This document shows, piece after piece, positions 28,766 to 43,570 of a stretch of DNA of 64,000 bases; within the stretch, counting starts at the first letter, position 1; each line of letters starts with the position of its first letter. A program made the position numbers and the translations under genes. The notes beneath the pieces were generated by a model, which made no database searches, was not told where the DNA came from, and worked only from the letters and a program-made list of their open reading frames with translations. Origin of the DNA: Octopus vulgaris (taxonomy: Eukaryota); NCBI GenBank assembly GCA_951406725.2, contig OX597815.1, positions 156,550,001 through 156,614,000 on the forward strand, written 5' to 3'.

Positions 28766-29025
28766 AGCGCAGGCGTGGCTGTGTGGTAAGAAGTTTGCTT
28801 CCCAACCACATGGTTCCGGATTCAGTCCCACTGTGTTTGTCCTTCTATCTTCGCTTGACAACCGGCGTTGGTGTATTCACGTCCCCGGCAAAATAGACTG
28901 ATAAAATAAGTGCTAGGCTTAAAAGTAAGCCTTGTGGTTTATTTGCTCGACTAAAACACTTCAAGGTGGTGCTCCAGCATGGCCGCAGTCACCTGACTGA
29001 AACAAATAATAAAAGAATAAAAGAA
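28766..29025 (+). mobile_element. tRNA-derived composite SINE, internally deleted
   Basis: tRNA-like head gcgcaggcgtggctgtgtggtaagaag...ggttccggattcagtccc; tail gctccagcatggccgcagtc..gactgaaaca..aaaagaataaaaga. Confidence 0.8.
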
Positions 29026-29979
29026 TATACCTACCAGATCGAGTGAATACGTGAAGGCCACCACGTTGGCTGATGGAACGTTTAATGATAGAAATGGCAG
29101 AGAATACTAGATGACTTTTATTATTTTCTCTCCTCCTCCAATGGTGTAAGATCTAGGATCGATATAAAATAATATCAATTGCACTAGCATACCAAGATTC
29201 ATTCCCATAACTACACCAGTTACCTATCCAAATCACAATTTATTCACCATAGGAGATCGTGAAAAATAGTATCTTTTCTATTTGCAGGACCTACCAAACT
29301 GTTTCTCTCAAAACAATAGAATTGCTGTAGGAAATATAGCGCCAGGAAAGAACCTCTAGAGGATCGTTGTTTTGGGGTAACGGATTGTACACTATGTGAG
29401 CTTGGATGGAGGTATATGCAACTTGCTAGTCATAAAACAATTGGAGTAGTTGTAGAAAAATACAGATAGAAAGGCCAGCAGATTTGTTGGCTAGAGGTAG
29501 TAGAATTGAAGGTTCTTTATAAATCATTATCAATCGGACATAAAATTTTTTCTTAGTTTTAAGACATGATCTTGATGTGAGCAGCGAGCAGTGCCGTCCC
29601 GGATCAGTAAGCAATACCTTAGTGCAGAGTATACTTGAATCTTATAGTTTTAGCAGCTACTCAGAAAACAAGGCTTTTCTTTGCCAGAAGTTTATTCATT
29701 GAAATGTTACATAAATGAGGAGACCATTATCGGACATGGTGAGACTGCATTTACTCGTATAACGAATTTAGATTGTTTATGCAACGGTTGGGTCTAGTCT
29801 TAAAATGTTTACTTGTCTACATTGATTGTGTATTGGTGATATTGCGAGAGACAGTGTTGCAATATTCCCATTGAAATATGTTTTTAAAGTCTCTGTTTAA
29901 AGTAAGCCTAAGCTCTAAGCTCTAAGCTGCTTGTACTCGCGTATGTGTTGTTTTATTCCATTTTCTTCCAAACAAGGCT

Positions 29980-30430
29980 TGAATCCATTGTAGAGTAAAG
30001 GACTACAAAGCAGGAAAAGAATGGGCTTACGCATTCAAAAGATGATTTACAGAAAGCTTAAAGGTTTGATATCACTGTCCAGAAGAAAACAAGACGTCGG
30101 TAATGAGTTCCAGGGAGGAACATGTCGAGAGAAGAAGCTATCAGAAGAAAAGGACTTGTGACTAATAGGAAACGATGAGCCTGGGAAGAGAAGCGGATAG
30201 TACATTTAAAGATATTGACTGAAACTACTAGATCAGGAATTTCCTCAGAGCAATAGGATAGAAATATTTTTAGAAGACAACGAAGATACATTTCGACGAT
30301 GAGCCAAAAACTTCAACCTAGTAAAAATATCAGGGTCCACTATGTTGACGACTTGGTTCTGAATTTGATGAAGCAAGTTAAGATATTCAGAGGCAGCACC
30401 AGTTCAAAGATAACGGCAATATTCAAAGCA
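29980..30430 (-). mobile_element. 3' end of a CR1/Jockey-type LINE ORF2, decayed
   Basis: YCSEEIPDLV...TIRFSSQAHRF...THYRRLVFFWT resembles ORF2 C-terminal motifs. Confidence 0.55.
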
Positions 30431-30437
30431 AGGTAAG

Positions 30438-30642
30438 ACGGCGAGCTGGCAGAACCGTTATCACGTCGGGTAAAATGCTTAGCAGCATCTCTACGTTCTA
30501 AGTTCAAATTTCACTGAGGTCGACTTTGCAGTTTATCTTTTGGGGGTCGCTAAAGTAAGTACCAGTTGGGCAGCGGGGTCGATGTAATCGACTAGCCCTT
30601 CCCCGAAATTACAGGCCTTGTGCCAAAATTTAAATCAATATT
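30438..30642 (+). mobile_element. SINE copy (same family as 1921-2282)
   Basis: ggcgagctggcagaaccgtta...gaggtcgactttgc...taagtaccagtt...ccttgtgccaaaattt. Confidence 0.8.
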
Positions 30643-32287
30643 CATAGCAAGACGGAATGGTGGTCTTATAGTGATACAAGATACTCTCAGGCGTAAGATA
30701 TTTCCGGCCATGGCAGAGAGATTCAAACATATTTGTTCTAAGATCCAGCAAATTTGTTCTTATAGAGATCCTTTGTCAAAGTCAAACGAAGAAGACGGAT
30801 ACTGTAGCCTGTGGAACGTGTCAACGTTACCGTTGATTATGTTACACGGAACAGTGGCATTATCTATATAGGAGTGTCTGTGGGTATGTTCATATTTCTC
30901 TGAGTGGGTAAAAGTATCAACGAGTAGGATTTTAGTACAAAGATGGAAGTATGCAAAAGATACAGCCATTTCTTATGTTATACCAAAACGAACGAAGCTC
31001 CTATTCTAAGAAAGTTGAGATGAATGCATCCTACATAGCTCGCTAGCTTATATAGACATGAATGGATGATTTGCTTACGGCAATGACTTTTTTTTTCTGA
31101 AAACATGTAATAAATTTGAAACATATCAAATGTTATCATTATACTTGCCAAATATTAGACTTATTCTTTATTGCATTCACCCATTCGATATTCGCCTAAT
31201 GTGAATTTCAGATTGGTTCTTTTCTATTTCTTTACCAAAATTAATCAATACAATAATGATTTTCTTTTTAAATCCTGATAACAGGTGCAAAATTAAGGAA
31301 GTAAAATTACTTTCAGTTCATTACAGCCAGTGCGTTAACACTGCACTTAACTACATCTCTATCAAGCAGAAGGAATCCCTGGGAAATTTCTCACGAGATC
31401 CCCCCCGCCTTTATCTTCTTTAATATGTTTAGTACTTAAGAGTTACACACATACACACACACACACACCGTTACATATGCGTATAACTAATTGCAACAGG
31501 GAAAGATTTTTTATAAATATTATTCGAAATCGATCACAATTATTTTGTTATATTTTTAACAGCCGTTGTATTCTTTTCATGGATTGGTAGTAGAGATATT
31601 TGTTTTTGATAAAGATTTCTTTATGAACTTCAAAATATTTGATAATGGTAACAAAAAATGTAAACAGTTTTCTAGTTAAAACTTTTTGAATTAAAACTTT
31701 TGATTAGTAATATGTAGCATATTACAAATCAATAATTTTCCAAAACCAATAATGTGGGTTGTTTTAAAATCTAAAAAGGAATATGTGAATGTGCGTGTCT
31801 GCATATATATATATATATTTATATATGAATGGACGTCCTTGTATGTGTGTGTATATTCATGTACGTGTACACATAAATATACATACCTAAATAGACGTGT
31901 GTTGATGCACGGACACAAGTTCTTTATATTATTGGGCGCTTACGCAAGCTTAGTTTCTTCAAATTGTATTTTTAATGTTAATTTAGAAGAAATCCGCGAA
32001 GCCTTGTAAATTATTTGCATAACAAATTGAAAGTATTTTTGTTCTTGATATTTCAGCTTCTCTATAACTTTTCTGACATCTATGCTTTGATGGTGAAGAA
32101 ACCAAAATTAGACAAAACAAATAGACGTTGAGAATTCTCCTTGTTCTCCACTTGATGAAAGTATCACGGGGTCGTATGCGCCTATACACACATGACTAAA
32201 AGAAACATAATACTGTTGGAGATGAGCTATATTATATATATGGCCATTCAGTGCATACTTTTGAGTTTCTCATCGTTTTAGCTATAA

Positions 32288-32414
<127 letters not shown>

Positions 32415-32562
32415 CATTCTGAATGTTACTTGTTCCTTTTGCACAATTCATTTTAGATGAAGCAACAAAATACTTTACACGCTTTATTTCTCTCTCTATT
32501 TCTTTCTTTCTCTCTCTCTCTCCCTCTCTCTCTTTCTCTCCATATATATATATATATATATA

Positions 32563-32768
32563 TACTCTTTTACTTGTTTCAGTCATTTGACTGTGGCCAT
32601 GCTGGAGCACTGCCTTTAGTCGAGCAAATCAACTCCAGGACTTATTCTTTGTAAGCCTAGTACTTATTCTGTCGGTGTCGAACCGCTAAGTCACGGGGAC
32701 GTAAACACACCAGCATCGGTTGTCAAGCGATGTTGGGGGGGGAGACAAACACAGACACACAAACATAT

Positions 32769-32819
<51 letters not shown>

Positions 32820-32992
32820 TACATATATACGACGAGCTTCTTTCAGTTTCCGTCTAGCAAATCCCCTCACAAGGCTTTGGTCGGCCCGAGGCTACAGCAG
32901 AAGATACTTGCCCTAGGTGCCACGCAGTGGGACTGAACCCAGAACCATGTGGTTGGTAAGCAAGCTACTAACCACACAGCCACTCCTTCGCC

Positions 32993-32993
<1 letters not shown>
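32563..32993 (-). mobile_element. Full-length composite tRNA-SINE with internal (TA)n(TG)n microsatellite
   Basis: Homologous to 51774-52216, 59704-60025 and 61943-62370. Confidence 0.85.
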
Positions 32994-33024
<31 letters not shown>

Positions 33025-33515
33025 TATATATATATATTATACAGATATGAAAATATGTATTGCCTTTTTCTCTCTTGCACTTTCCACCACCCTTCTCTTT
33101 TTACTTGCTTCTTTGTTTCTCATGAAGGACTCGGTCATCTTGTTCTTTTTCTTTTCAAGCATGACACTAATAACACCTCTGCAACATATCGCTAGTAAGA
33201 ATCGCCATGTTTGGATACTGCTGAAATAATCTTATTGAAATGATACTTGCTATTATTATTGTTACAGCTGTTCTTGTTGAGCTTGAGATTGTTCCTGACC
33301 CATCAAAATTATGATCAAAGGCGCTTCTGTTTTGAGAATGCCATCTTCTAAAATCTTTGTTGTTTTTTCGTGACGTTCAAGCGAATGATGAACGGTTCCG
33401 CCGTTGAACTAAAATACAAGACATTTTTACCGTTGCGTCTACTCTAATTAATGTTTCATGGCTGCGATATAGTAGAAGGTTACGTAAAAAACGATTATTA
33501 TTATTATTATTATTA

Positions 33516-34174
33516 CTTTTTTTTTCTTCTTTCAAATTTGCTTCCATTTCTTGCCGAGTGTCTTCCCGACTCCTAGGGCAAAGAAACTCATAGTATACAT
33601 TGGTAGGCCATTAAACCAAACTCAGTAGTTCGTTAATTTTTTTTTCTTTTTTTTTTTTTAGTTAAATTAAAATACATGAGCAGCAACAGTTCTCACATCG
33701 ACAATGCTCTTCTCAATACGTGTGATGTACCAGTTAAGACAATCTTTTGCACTTCTTACAGGGATGGTAAGCCAGGGATCATTCTCATATAATTTTCGGT
33801 TCCCTTCTTGATCATTCCTAGTGCTCCTACGATCACTGGTATTGTAACCGCCTTGAGATGCCACATTTTCTCAATTTCAATAAGTAGGTCTTTATATTTT
33901 CTGAGCTTGTCAAATTCTTTCGCTGAGATATTATGATCACAGGGGATGCTCATGTCGATCAATAAGCAAACTTTATTGTTTTGGTCTTTCACAATAATAT
34001 CTGGTTTATTGGCCTTGATAGTTCGGTCTGTATGTACTGGAAAGTCCCACAGAATGGTTACATTTTCTCCTTCAGTTACAGCCTCAGGGTGGTGATTATA
34101 CCACTTGTCGGCAGTTTTCATATTGTAATGCCGGCTTATTAGCCAGTGTAGATATTGGCCAACTCCGTCATGTC

Positions 34175-34176
<2 letters not shown>
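33516..34176 (-). mobile_element. 5'-truncated Dong/R4 LINE, family D (RLE domain)
   Basis: RHDGVG..WDFPVHTDRTIKANKPDIIVKD..CLLIDMSIP; flanked by (TAA)n on both sides. Confidence 0.9.
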
Positions 34177-34233
<57 letters not shown>

Positions 34234-34237
34234 TATT

Positions 34238-35168
34238 GCCTTTGCACAGCTTCTAACGCTGGAGATGTATTACTGTGTCAGCTGTTCACTACCAGTGAAC
34301 TAAGGTAACACCTCTTATTTTTCGAGCACTTTCCGGAGTATTCGAGCGGTTACAAGCAGTGCTGTTTTCTGCAAGTGCTCCACACGTATTGCAGCCCCTA
34401 TTTGTTCCACGTACTTCTCGATATTTCTGCTCACTGTTCCCAGGACTCCGACAACCATTGGTACTACTGCTACCTTTTTCATCAACCACAACTGCTTAAC
34501 TTCCCAACCTAACCTGTCATATCTCTCCACTTTTCTTTCTTCGTTATCGCATACATTGTTGTCAGCTGGGCGTGCTATATCTATGATCCAGCATAGTCTG
34601 TTTTCTTTCTCAATTAATACTATGTCCGGCTTCCTATTCTCAATCTCATGGTTGCTCTGAATCATAAAATAAGATCTTTATATTTCTATTTTCGACAATG
34701 CCTTCAGGTTTGTGGTCGTACCAATTTTTTGCTCTGCTGCAAAGTGTCCAATGGACAAGCCTGGCTATATTGTCGTGACATATTTCTTCTAGGCTAGTGG
34801 AGTACATTGGCTGGTAATATTCTATACGGTTTCACCGTTTTGTCCACAGATTCTGCACTTATCACATTCTGCTAAGTTGTCTATTCTATATTTTATGTAG
34901 TTTCTTCTTAGTGCTTGCCCTTGGGCAGCACAGATTAGAGCCTCCGTTTCCGGGTTTAAATCACGTGTAGTCATCCAGAGCCATCTTTTTTTATCTGTCT
35001 GACCATGCATTCTTTTCTTTACTCACCTATTTTCAGTATCATTCGTTTTCAATTTCTTGTATAGTGCTTTGTCTTTGCAATCTTTTGCAAAGACAAATCA
35101 CTACACAAGCCTTACCTCCTTACTTCTAATAATAGCGGTTCTGTGGCATTTTGTTTTGGCATTTTTGG
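34238..35168 (-). mobile_element. 5'-truncated Dong/R4 LINE, family A
   Basis: Homologous to 11441-12390; ETEALICAAQ, CRICGQ, NRKPDIVLIEK; 3' end in (TAA)n. Confidence 0.9.
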
Positions 35169-35250
35169 CATTATTATTATTATTACTATTATCATGATCA
35201 TGATCATCATTCTCGTCGTCGTAGTCGCTTTTGTTGTTGTTGTTGTTGTT

Positions 35251-35334
<84 letters not shown>

Positions 35335-37265
35335 GGTGGTGGTGGTGTTAATGCAGCAAGTCGGCAGACTCGTTAGATCGTGAGACAACTGCTTAGCGGC
35401 ATTTCTGCCGGGTCTTTGCTTTCTGAGTTCAAATTCCGGCAAGGTCGTCTTTGTCTTTTAGACTCACGGGATAGATAAAATAAATACCAACTGAGCTGTG
35501 AAGTGAATGTAACTGACTAGCCTCCTTCCCCAAAATTTCAAACTTTGTGCCTACAGTAGAAAGAATTATTGTTACATATATTTACTTTGGACAGATGTTA
35601 CATTTTGACTTCTCCGCTACCCTATCCTGGAACTGCCATAGACCGTTTTGAAGCACATGTTATTCATTACTGAATTAAGATTTCATAACAGCACTCCTCA
35701 TGTCCAGTTCCTTCTATAAGAAACAATCAACTACAATGCATTTCTTAATTACAATTGTCTTTTAATGAGAATGCTTCTTTTTTTTATGTCAATTTATAAT
35801 ATATTTTGAAGACTTTACTTCATGTACAAAAAAACATTTATCGATTATTCGGCACTCAGTAAGAGCCCGCACTGCTTATATCGACCTCTCCCTGCTGCGA
35901 TTTTGGTTATAGGTTTTTTTTTAGTCACAGGCAAATCATTTTGGTTTTATGTTGTTTAATAACACGCAAGACCTGGCACAGCGCACGTCAAAGATGTTAG
36001 ATTTTGGCAGCCACGGACCATGTTGTCTTTTGATGTGAAAGGACGCACTATTAATTGTAGCAACAACATTATGACAGGTGAATCCACAGCAAGGAAGTTA
36101 AACAAAGTTAATAAAACCTACATTACTTAAATGTCTATAAAAGTAAACCCTGCCTCACTTAAATGTCTATAAAAAGTGAAGATGTATTCAGGTGTTTATG
36201 AGTTATATAAAAGGATGATGATAAATTCATTCACACGTAAGTGTAATTAGATTATCCTACCTTTAAGTGATGAATACTGTAATTATTACTGTGATCATTT
36301 CCTTCTACTTAGTTGAGGTCAGACACCATCATGAATGTCTTTTGATGTCTTCTATCTGATATTTGATTAATGAAGGTGTTTGATGCATCTGCTCTTATTT
36401 GTAGCTTCTGCTATGATAAAGGTTCAACAGGGTTAGATCTCATATATTACATTATCCCAGTCTAAACATCTAACCGCTAACTCCCACCAGTGTTGTTGTG
36501 TAGCCCCAAAGAAGCCATATTAAAGAATATTTTCGATCAAAGGTGTTCCAGCCTCGACTATGGCTTTTATATTTTCTAGCTAAATGTATACGATTATTCA
36601 ACGTACCATTTTATCTCAAATCAGTAATTAGTAATTTGACTGCGGTTTCCAGATGTTTAAGTGGTTTTATAGCGTCCCTCTCGCTAAGCCTATGCGTACT
36701 TCTTATATTTAGTATTTGGATAATGGGGTACGTAGTCCTTTGAATTATAAGTTATTGCAGTACCCTGTTCCAGCATCACCAGAACGAAGATTCATTTGTA
36801 CAATGAAAAGGAATAGAAGTCAACTACTTCAATACCTTCCATAGCAAAGTTTTGTGAGAGTTCATTGATGCGACAAAGGGAAAAGGCTTAGGTCCCAGAT
36901 ATCTTAGTCCATGAGATCTAGACAGAAGAGTTTAGTAACAATGTACCCGTATTATTGTTGCTAGTGTTTAGCTCTAGATTAGTTTAGCTGATAAAATATT
37001 ATTTATATATCCGTTACCATACTGTCGTTCCCTCAGACATATATGTTTGTACTCCATTATCCAATGCGCCCCTCTCTTTTGAGACCATATAGTGCAATTT
37101 GAAAGAAAGTTGGCTATTATTTCTAGCTCTGACAACTAATCGAAACTTCTTCGTCGGTATCAATGAAAACACTAGTTGCAGCACCAACAACAGCGGCATC
37201 AGCCATATGTACTTAAATACGCAATATGCACGTGATTCATTCCGTTGTAGAAAGATGTGCTTATT

Positions 37266-37302
<37 letters not shown>

Positions 37303-39706
37303 AAGAAAGAAGGAGAGAGAGGTTTAGCTCCACAAAATTAGTTTGTACTAATATTATTTGAATTCTAAGTCTTCTGTGCTGCACCTTACAGCTAAACGGA
37401 TTATATGATTCGTTACACTATTAATTCAGCAGAGACAACGTAAGAGACTAAGTGGTCATTCCGTCAGTTAGAAATAGCTGTCACATTTCACTCAAAGTGT
37501 TTTTGAAGAAAGAAAAACACTTCGAATAATGTATTTTTAGATGCTCCACGACTACAAAAACTGGGGTATAAGGTGGTCACTACTGGAACGATTTTGATCA
37601 TCCAAGCAGTTGTATTAAGGCTGAACTGAGGCTAATCAACAACAACTAGAAGGTAGATATACCGTTAATAGATATTCTCGGCGATTTCAAATCGTATCCT
37701 TACTGACTTTATTGTCCATTCGTTCGGAGTTCATAATATAAACACCCTACAACCGATTATTTCAGAGCGGGACATTGTGTAGAATATGCTTGTGAGTTAA
37801 GTAGATGCCATGAGATTATTATCAGACGACCCAATAGATACCCAGATATTTACAGTTTATTAGAGATTATTGAGAGGTAATATTTATCCCCATTTAAACG
37901 TGGATGTTCTCTTAGAACAAATTATATTGCGGTCGAACGTCCATCATTGATGAGACCAAGGCAGGTCAAAACATGGTTGTATTAGAGTGAACTCTTAAAA
38001 AGGTACACAAGTGCCGGATGATGGTGTTAAACCGAGCTACAGGTTTTGGTTTAATCCGTAGGTGAACCCTAATCACACCTATGATCAAAGTCGTTCTAAA
38101 CGATTTTTCTCCAAACATAGTATATCTAAGACCTACATGATCTTGAGTGTCTTTCCTGGGACGGAAGTGTTTTGTTAAAGATTTGGTTATTATTTCTAGT
38201 AATAGAACGACCGCAAAGAGCAACCTTTTTATAGTATGTGGGTCTCTGTCGTCGACTCGTAGATGTATTTTCTTTGGCTTCATTTGGCAAGTAGAAGAGG
38301 GAAGTATCATTTCATTTTCTAATTCTTCTATTTCTTTACTTATTCAGTTAACATATAAAATGATAACTCAACTAACAAGAATCTACGCCGTTGTTTGACT
38401 TACTAGTTACACTCTATCGTTTATTGATACAATGTAATCCCTGATATGGAAAAATACTGAATAACCACGCTTGAGGTACCTCTGTTCTAAGCCTAGAAAT
38501 ATAAAACCTGAGACTATACTATTACTGCTGATGTTATGTAATCTGTGGTCAGCTCTAAAACAAAATATCTATGGTAAAAAGTATTCCAGTATAGATTGTT
38601 CCGTTCATTTATATCGCAGAAACTACAATGTCTAATTTTTAAGACGGTGTAGTGTAATTCAAAGATTTAGCAGCAATTTCTAACAGATTACATGACTATT
38701 TGAAGATCTCTCGTTGACTTAATGAGATGATGTATTTAATCTTGCTGTGTGTTGTTCTTTCAGCTAACTAGATACCACGTTGTGGGGGATTTTTATTACT
38801 TAGTTCGTTTTTCTATTATTGCTTCAGTTAATTTATGGGTTACTAATGATGTAAAGTTAAATATTGAACTACTACAGTAAACAGCATGATTCGGGATAAG
38901 CGGTACTGATCTGTGTTGATAATTAGTGAGTATACATATTTCAATGTGTAATAAACTGGCTTTCTGTATAAAGAGGAAACATCTACCGTTTCGGGCAATA
39001 TCCTTTATAATAAAACAATTTTTATAATGTAGTCTATTCAACTATGAGTGAGCTTATCAATGTATTTTTCCTTGAAGTAAATGTCAATGTAATATTGTTC
39101 ACCAAGGGTTCACAAGGCCGGGCCAGTTGAAGATATCGGCAGTTGCCCAGAGAGTTATGTCATGTTTGTGATCTTTCACATCAAAATGGAAAATATTTAA
39201 AATAAGAAATCAAATAAACACTTTAATCTTCATTTAGTGAATTATAATAAACGTTATGCTTCTACATTTGAAGGTTTTAATAGCCTAAGATAAAACTTTC
39301 AAAACCCATTCTTCTAAGGTTATTAGCAATAGCAAGACCGGCCCCACAAAAGGTGCTCATTAGATTATTATTTTATAATTATTACACAATTAACATGTTA
39401 TGGTAAAGTAATAAATTATCTGAAGCAACATAGGCCTACGGATTATGTAGATTATATTAATATTTTGTCAACAAATGCATCACCGGAACCAGGATATTGC
39501 TTCTGTCTTCACTCATAAATTTTATTAATAATATCAGACATGAGATCAGGAAGCAACTCAGTAGCAAACCAATAGAGTAAATTAGTAATACGGCAGTAAA
39601 CAAGTGATTAGTATATCCTCAAGCTATCAGTATATCGGTATATTTACACACTGTTCAAATAATAAATATCTCTCAAAATTTTAGATATCATTACAATAGA
39701 ATAATA

Positions 39707-39775
39707 AATATCCTCTATACAGTTCACTGACTCATGAATATCCTCTATACAGTTCACTTACTCATGAATATCCTC
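39707..39775. repeat. 30-bp tandem repeat, ~2.3 copies
   Basis: Unit aatatcctctatacagttcactgactcatg repeated. Confidence 0.85.
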
Positions 39776-40767
39776 ATTTCGCTCTTTTCTATTATTTCTT
39801 ATTCCTAACAATCTTTAATTTGGTTTGAAACCCTTCTGTGCTTCTAACAAAGTCCCCTTTGTTGTAATCATTCGAGCTAGGTCTCCAATCTGAGGAAAAC
39901 TCCGAACTGACCTACCAATCTGAGAGGTTCTGAATAAAATTATGATGGCTAATGTTTCTCCTTACACCATAAAAAACATATGGAGTTATATAATTTTCTC
40001 CGTCTTCTACATAATAGTATGTTTGTATTATAGTGAACATCTGATCTCCTAAGCAGTACATATCTTGACTAAGAGTGCACCATACAAATTTAAATCAACC
40101 TAGCTCTTTGCACTGTACCGTAAGTTTTGAGAGTATGACAGCGACTATAACATATTGCCGAAGTAATAACTCGCAGGTTTCAGCACTGATGCATATCCTT
40201 GCCTATGGTTATGAATTTTCGTAATTGAGGGAGTAAAGTCGCGTATACAGTCGACCGAAATAGATCCAAAGAGTCTGTAAAGTAACATTATTCGATAGGG
40301 TGTGTAGCTCAGAAATGAGGAAATCGCTACCAGTTGAGTCACTATTTCTCCATAATGAGAGGGCAAAGCCTTGATATGTAGTTAGAATACATAAGGATTT
40401 GATCACGGAGAAAATTTTTATCGGAAAGGCCAAATATCACAAGAGGTAAGGGATACACCGCGAGCGAAATAATTGAATAATATCCATTGCCTCGGTCGGT
40501 TTCGCTTGGGGATCCTGCCGAAACATTTGCTGTGAGTTGAATCTGATAGAACCTTTTAGAGGGTTATCTGAGACTCTACCGCCCCTCCACACGGCCCACA
40601 CAGTAATAGTGGGCAACGAAAATAGATGAAAGGATTTGGGAAACTGGTGTTTCAAATTTCAAGAACGGAAATAACAATCGGTGTTTCATTATTTCGACAA
40701 TTGAATTACATCAGTTGAAATTATTGTAAACATTTTTAATGATTTGGTTCGGAGCTGTTGTGCCTAT

Positions 40768-40813
40768 GGCCAACGTAGGCCAACGTAGGCCAACGATGGC
40801 CAACGTAGGCCAT
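40768..40813. repeat. 10-bp minisatellite (GGCCAACGTA)n, ~4.5 copies
   Basis: Direct reading. Confidence 0.9.
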
Positions 40814-41589
40814 CGCAGATCTGGAAGTCGACGCAGACAATGTTCCTCTTGAACAACCACCAGATGACGGCTGCTAAAAGCATTGAAGGAAGAGGAGAGA
40901 GCAGACGAGGAGGTAGGAGTGTGAACATATCATTTATGAAGATATTGCAATGAAAAGAGTGGGTAATATGGGGAGTAAGAGACGGGAAGATGAATAGGTG
41001 GAATTGAGTAGAATCGTATAGAATTTTCGTTCAAGCTGCAAACAAATATTAGAATTTTGCCAAATTTCAGACAGCGATTTATAAACTAATAACTTTATTA
41101 TATGTGATAGCTTTGATATATAAAAAAAAAATATTATTATGTCTATTACTTTACATATAACAAATTTACTTTATGCAATAGCATTACATATAACAAATTT
41201 ATTAGATATTACATCTTGTTTTCAAGAAAATTTGAACGTCTTAAAACTTTAGTTAGCAACAGGCGGTTCCCATATTTGTTTCTTGTTTCACTCTTATTAA
41301 ACTTGTTGTAACTGAAAGTCCCATGTCCATCTTATGATCGAAGTAGTCACGGGGGCTTTATCATGATCTGCTATCTTTAACGTAAAAGGAGCTCTAGAGT
41401 GAAACCAAATATCTTTTATACACCGATGCAATATATACACGTGTTTCCCATGTTAGGCTACATTTAGTTTTCTTACTTTTCCAAAAATATTGCGCTTATA
41501 ATGTTATCAAACCCTGTTTATTGCTGTCTCGTGTTCTAGGACTCATGGATCCGCTTACTTATTTTCTAAGGCGTAGTAAGTGAATGATA

Positions 41590-42032
41590 TCACATTATCC
41601 CCTTGAACGGGACATCAGTCGGTCGCAGCGTTACACATTTACAGCTGAGTGGACTGGAACTACGTGACATGAAAGTGTTTTGTTCAAAAATACAATACAC
41701 TGCTTGGTGCAAGAGTCGAATCCGCGATCGTAAGATGAAGTGTAACAGCGTAAACTTTAGGCCATGTAAAAAGAAAGGGCAAAGTAATATTCTCGAGTCA
41801 TACTGACTCGTGAGAGCCGATTTTCTTGCTTCATGGCATATATATTCCCCACTTGGACAGGATGCCAGTCCATCGCAGGATTACTCATTTTTTACCAGCT
41901 GAGTGGACCGGAGCAACGTGAAATGAGGTGTTTTGCTCAAGAACACAACGCGTCACCCGGTCCAGGAATCAAAGCCACAATCTTACGATCAAGAGTCCAA
42001 CACCCTAACCACTAATCCACGTGCTTCCACTC
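41590..42032 (-). mobile_element. Two adjacent tRNA-SINE copies (family of 19955-20162)
   Basis: Repeated cagctgagtggac.gga.c.acgtga.atga..tgttttg.tcaa segment. Confidence 0.75.
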
Positions 42033-42214
42033 CTTAGGCTATGAGCCTTTACTAACTCTGATTATCTTCTCTTTTAACTCATTTTCAACTTTACAATGAA
42101 ACTAATCTCCTTCACTAAATTCCTGATTATTACGAATTAGTGAAGATTCGTAGGTATAAAATCAAAGATAAAATACATAATTGTAATAGGTTTCTACTGG
42201 AATTTTGTACTTAC

Positions 42215-43570
42215 CATTGATATGTCTGTTTCCGTGTCATCAGTAATGCTGAAACGATTTGACTGCTGTCTGCTTCGAGCGCTTCGGTAGGAACTGGTCG
42301 ATGTTCTTTCGGCTAAATCCGACTCAATAAAGCTTTCCGTTAAAGCAACGCGTCTGTCTTTGAATTTTAATTTCTCACTATTAAGTCTCTTGAAAAATCG
42401 AGAAACTCCACTTGAAGAAGTTGACGAATCTTGGCTAACTCCCATGTTGTAAATTTTAGATTGACATTTTGTTGAAATTTCAAGTTTCATCATCTCTTTT
42501 ATAACATCTAGTTGCTCTTTGTCAAGACTCGACCGAATATTACATGCAGACACACCAAAGAACGTTTGCATATGGATTTTGGCGCCATGTTTCATCAAAT
42601 GGCGAATACACTTCTCATTATAAAAGTCGGCACAGGATGCAAGATGCAACGGTGTGACACCATGTCGATCTTGGATGTTCGGGTTAGCGTTATATTTTAA
42701 GAGAAGATCAACTGCTGGTGCGTTCGCATTGATAATAGCCAAGTAGAGTACTGGTAAGTTGAACAATTCTTCTTGACTGTAGTTGAAAGAAAATTCAAAT
42801 AAGATCTCGTGTTTTGCTGGAGTAGAAGACAAGTTTCTCGATTGATGGTGTTGGCGAGATTCATTTATAAGCGAAGCCACCTGCAGTTTGGTTGAAGAAG
42901 AAGCCGCCTGATAATTAGATGTTTTATTGTCCTGTTTAACTACAAATTTGGTTTCCACATCTTCTTTATTGACAGGGTAAGATGTTTCAGTGATGATACT
43001 ATTTTTACGTGATGCACTGTAACAAAACTGGTTCGGCATGTTTGGATCAATACCACATTTTAATAGAATTTTCAAGACATCAACTGAATCATTTTGTACG
43101 GCAACATGAAGTGATGTACGAAATATTGCCGGAACATCACTTATATCCGTTACAACACTTTCTCTTCTGTCATTTCGTTCGACGTAGTTTTGGCTTCCTT
43201 GACTGATCCGCTGACTATAAGAATCACAACTGCCTCGTTCAGTAAAGTTATCACTATTTATTGTTACTGGAAATTTGGTATGGTGTAATTTGAGAATCTT
43301 CGTCAGTGACAAGGTATCATTTTCCTGCAAAGCCCGTTCTAACTGTTCCGCTTCAGTTGATAAATCGAATATTGACGAAGCTGTACTGCTTGCACGTCGC
43401 CATTCTTCAGCTGCAGTATTACGATTCCAGGAACTTGGAACCGACAGACTACCCGGACTTTGTGGTGGTATCAGCTGCAGATCATGATCAGGAACAGTGA
43501 GGTAATCGATAGCAGAATTACCACCAGTGGAAAAATGTCTTGTCTGCGAATTGCCTCGGTTAGAAGTCAT
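42215..43570 (-). CDS. First coding exon (452 codons, phase 0) of an ankyrin-repeat protein; further exons not identified
   Basis: Uninterrupted 458-aa ORF with ankyrin motifs TSLHVAVQNDSVDVLKILLKCGIDPN, PVLYLAIINANAPAVDLLLKYNANPN and GVTPLHLAS..CIRHLMKHGAK. Perfect donor ATG|GTAAGT at 42215/42214. Upstream acceptor ttttatttctattacAG|G with exon start at 43766. Confidence 0.88.

Noticed and set aside
28766-28835. tRNA-like sequence with A and B boxes
   Set aside because: SINE head continuous with a repeat body; no complete cloverleaf.
39707-39775. 30-bp repeats as a possible CRISPR array
   Set aside because: Directly tandem with no spacers, no cas genes, eukaryotic context.
42194-42214. ORF-track C-terminus VSTKFQ-stop of the ankyrin ORF
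   Set aside because: Begins with a consensus GTAAGT donor, so most likely intronic.
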